Of a DNA stretch of 64,000 nt, positions 61,401-64,000 are shown piece by piece (position 1 is the first letter of the stretch; the number at the start of each line of letters is the position of its first letter). Below the pieces are notes generated by a model, which saw nothing but the letters and a program-made list of their open reading frames with translations, was not told where the DNA came from and did not search any database. Source of the DNA: the human T2T-CHM13v2.0 reference genome, Homo sapiens. Where the stretch lies: assembly GCF_009914755.1 (NCBI RefSeq), contig NC_060934.1. One strand, 5' to 3'. A program made the position numbers and the translations under genes.

Positions 61401-64000
61401 CCTGCTTCATCCTACACTGATTCTTGTTTCTCTTATTTATGTATTTATTTTTTTTCATGAGGAAAGATGAGCTCAGAGATAGGCAGTGACTTTGCTGGTT
61501 TCTCACCACTCTCTGTGGGATGTCAGAGCAGCCTATGAACGTTCTTAGTCCTGGGAGGTGGAGGTGTCTAAAGGGTCAGGGAACGAGGACCAGGGCTAGA
61601 GAGCTGGTCAATTGTTAGGGGAGATCAGTCCTCTGCACCACCGGCCGATGACCTCATCTGCCTGAGGCCCCTGAAAGTTCTGAGTGCTGGGTCCAAACAG
61701 TCCAGAGGGTCGCAGGGACCAAGGGCCCCCAGCTTCTCTCCACACTGGAATTTCAGGGTCAGAGGGCCCCTGACTCTGAGCCATCCCTGCCCCCTACACA
61801 TCTTGCCTGTTGTCTAGGCTGTAGAAAGGCAACAGATTAGTCAGCTAGAAACCTGCTTTGAGTCTACCCTGAATGACCGGTTCCAGCATAAGAGAAGGAG
61901 GGTTGCTGAGTAGGTGTGGGGTGGGGAAGGAGTGCCCACTCTGCAACTCGGCTTAGCACCTGCTGCCCTTTGCAGAATCTGCAGGGTCCCAGGCCCTCCA
62001 AGAGGCTGAGCAGCCTCAAAAGGCATGAAGCTGCTGGCATGTACCTGCGGCTCCACAGGCAGCATACAAGGGCATCGCTAGTGCCTGGCCATGTGAGGCT
62101 GGCTGCAGGATCCCTAGGCGGACCCTGAGAAATACCATATCCAAGGACACAACGCTCCCGTCCTGCCTAACCCACAGAGTTTGTTGAGATGATCAGACAC
62201 AATTCTAATGATGATAGCAAAGCTTACCTGGAGGTTCCCTCCCGTATCCCACTGTGCTTTGCAAACACTAACTCACTGGCTGAGCCCAGTTTGACAACAA
62301 AGTACTGATTTCTCTAAAGTTCTCATCATAGACTGTATGAAGAGCATATGTTTTATACAACTTACTTATTTTGCAAATATGGATAAACCTTTGCAACCCA
62401 GATCATCATAACAAGACCACGTGGGTTCATTAGAGTCATACAGTGTTTCAACGGTCATAATATGACTAGTTCAGACCCCTTCGAAATAGTGCTTCAGGTG
62501 AATCAATTCACCAAATGTAAAACAATGTACATTTATTAGTTATTTTAAAACAGCAAATTACTATTCATTGTGTAATGAATTGTTGCCTTACTATGCCATC
62601 CACCCATCTTGTAGGCTGAGGCATGGAGGCCTGTGTTCACCCTTCCGCACACCCACCTGTGCTTGTGAAATGTACACCCACCTGTGCTTGTGAATAGCAT
62701 TAAAGCCATTTCTACAGACTTCGCATGTGTAGTTTCATTATCTTCTGCCTTAAAACACATTAAGGAAACCATTCTCTTTGTCTCCCAAATTGTGAAACGT
62801 AGTTCCATTTACCTGCTTCCCATGTTTTAAAGGTCATTTGTGATATAAGTATTGAGAAAAATTTTCCCCCTAAGGAAACTGAGCTCTGCTCAAATGCCGA
62901 GGTGAATAAATGCAGCGCTTTTCCCACAAAACACAATCATTCACACAAACACACGATGCGAGTGCCTGTTTAGCAATTGTTTCTGCGGGTTTGTTATCTA
63001 TAGCTGTTTCCTCTTCATTAGTTGTTTACATTATTAAAATCTGATATAAAATGCAAACTTTCAAAGAATGTGTTTCTAGATCCAAAGAATTTAGAAAATG
63101 TTCACTGTTGATCAGATTTTTAAAAATATATTCAAAGTTAATATTAAGAGTAACTTTGAATAAGTAGGGCTTTAGAGCAGGACGTGACAGAGAACTGACC
63201 TTTCAAAGAATGAGCACAATTTGTGACTAAGTACCTCTTTTAAATGGAGTTTAGCAATTGCTTTCTGAATACCTGTCTTGACTGTCCAACAGTAGCTCCA
63301 TGGGGGCGGATACCCTGGTGAGCACTGTGCTAGCCACATCGCAGGTATCCTACATGTATTTCTTAAATGAAAAATATTCTTTCTAAGACAGTGTTAAAAA
63401 ATCATGAGTAAGAAGGTCATTAATCCCTGATAGCTTCATAAATGAGATATTCTTCTACCCAAAGAGATGCTGCTCTGCAAATCACACCCAGGGAATTCTG
63501 CTCCTTTTGGCCATGGTCCCATGAAGACACGCAAGGTGATCGTTTCAGAACCCTATCAGTGTTCAACCTGGCTAACTTGTGAAATAGTCAAGCTCAAAAG
63601 ATTCTCAAAGTGATTTTCTGGGAAAATATTCTACTGTAAAGAAGGTCAGATCCATTCCGTTGCCTTTAAAACATTTTCCTGGTTGCCCACCGGCTTCTCA
63701 TGAAACCGGGAACCAGTTTCACCCAATCTGTTCTCAAAGGGCTAACCTACCCCATGCCCATGTTCCATGTTTGCCCTGTCCCTGACTCAAGGAATGAATG
63801 CCTGCAAGCCACAGTGTTCTAACCCATTTCTCCCTCAGTCTCTGGCTGGGCAGGAGCCTGCTGATGGATGACACACTCCCATCAGACCTGCCACACCCAG
63901 GTCTACACCACAGAAACTAAGGCTGTTGGTTGACACGGTGGATGCTAGAACTTGCTGCAATGTTTCATTTCTATTTTAACTGAATTCACCACAATCCTAT

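Overview
Primate (very probably human) genomic DNA with no supportable protein-coding gene, tRNA, rRNA, CRISPR array or CpG island. It reads as intergenic or deep-intronic sequence. It is rich in interspersed repeats: about 15 Alu copies (J, S, one young AluY, one hybrid monomer), L1 pieces (a twin-primed 5'-inverted L1PA and a 4.2-kb 5'UTR-ORF1-endonuclease half of an old L1), many MaLR and ERV solo LTRs (THE1, MLT1, LTR8, MER34-, MER4-, MER51-, MER66-, MER21-like; clustered at 4.6-19.4 kb and 47.5-52.2 kb), L2/MIR remnants and DNA-transposon fossils (MER2, MER3, MER20, MER53, MER58A, MADE1). The listed ORFs are repeat-derived, low-complexity or chance. I found no novel coding system. The most notable items are a decayed hAT transposase missed by the ORF track and split by two LTRs, several nested insertions with readable target-site duplications (TSDs), an Alu tail expanded into a ~430-bp purine VNTR, and three repeat-free candidate enhancer blocks. 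Subfamily names come from recalled consensus sequences, not a database search. Boundaries without TSDs are approximate.
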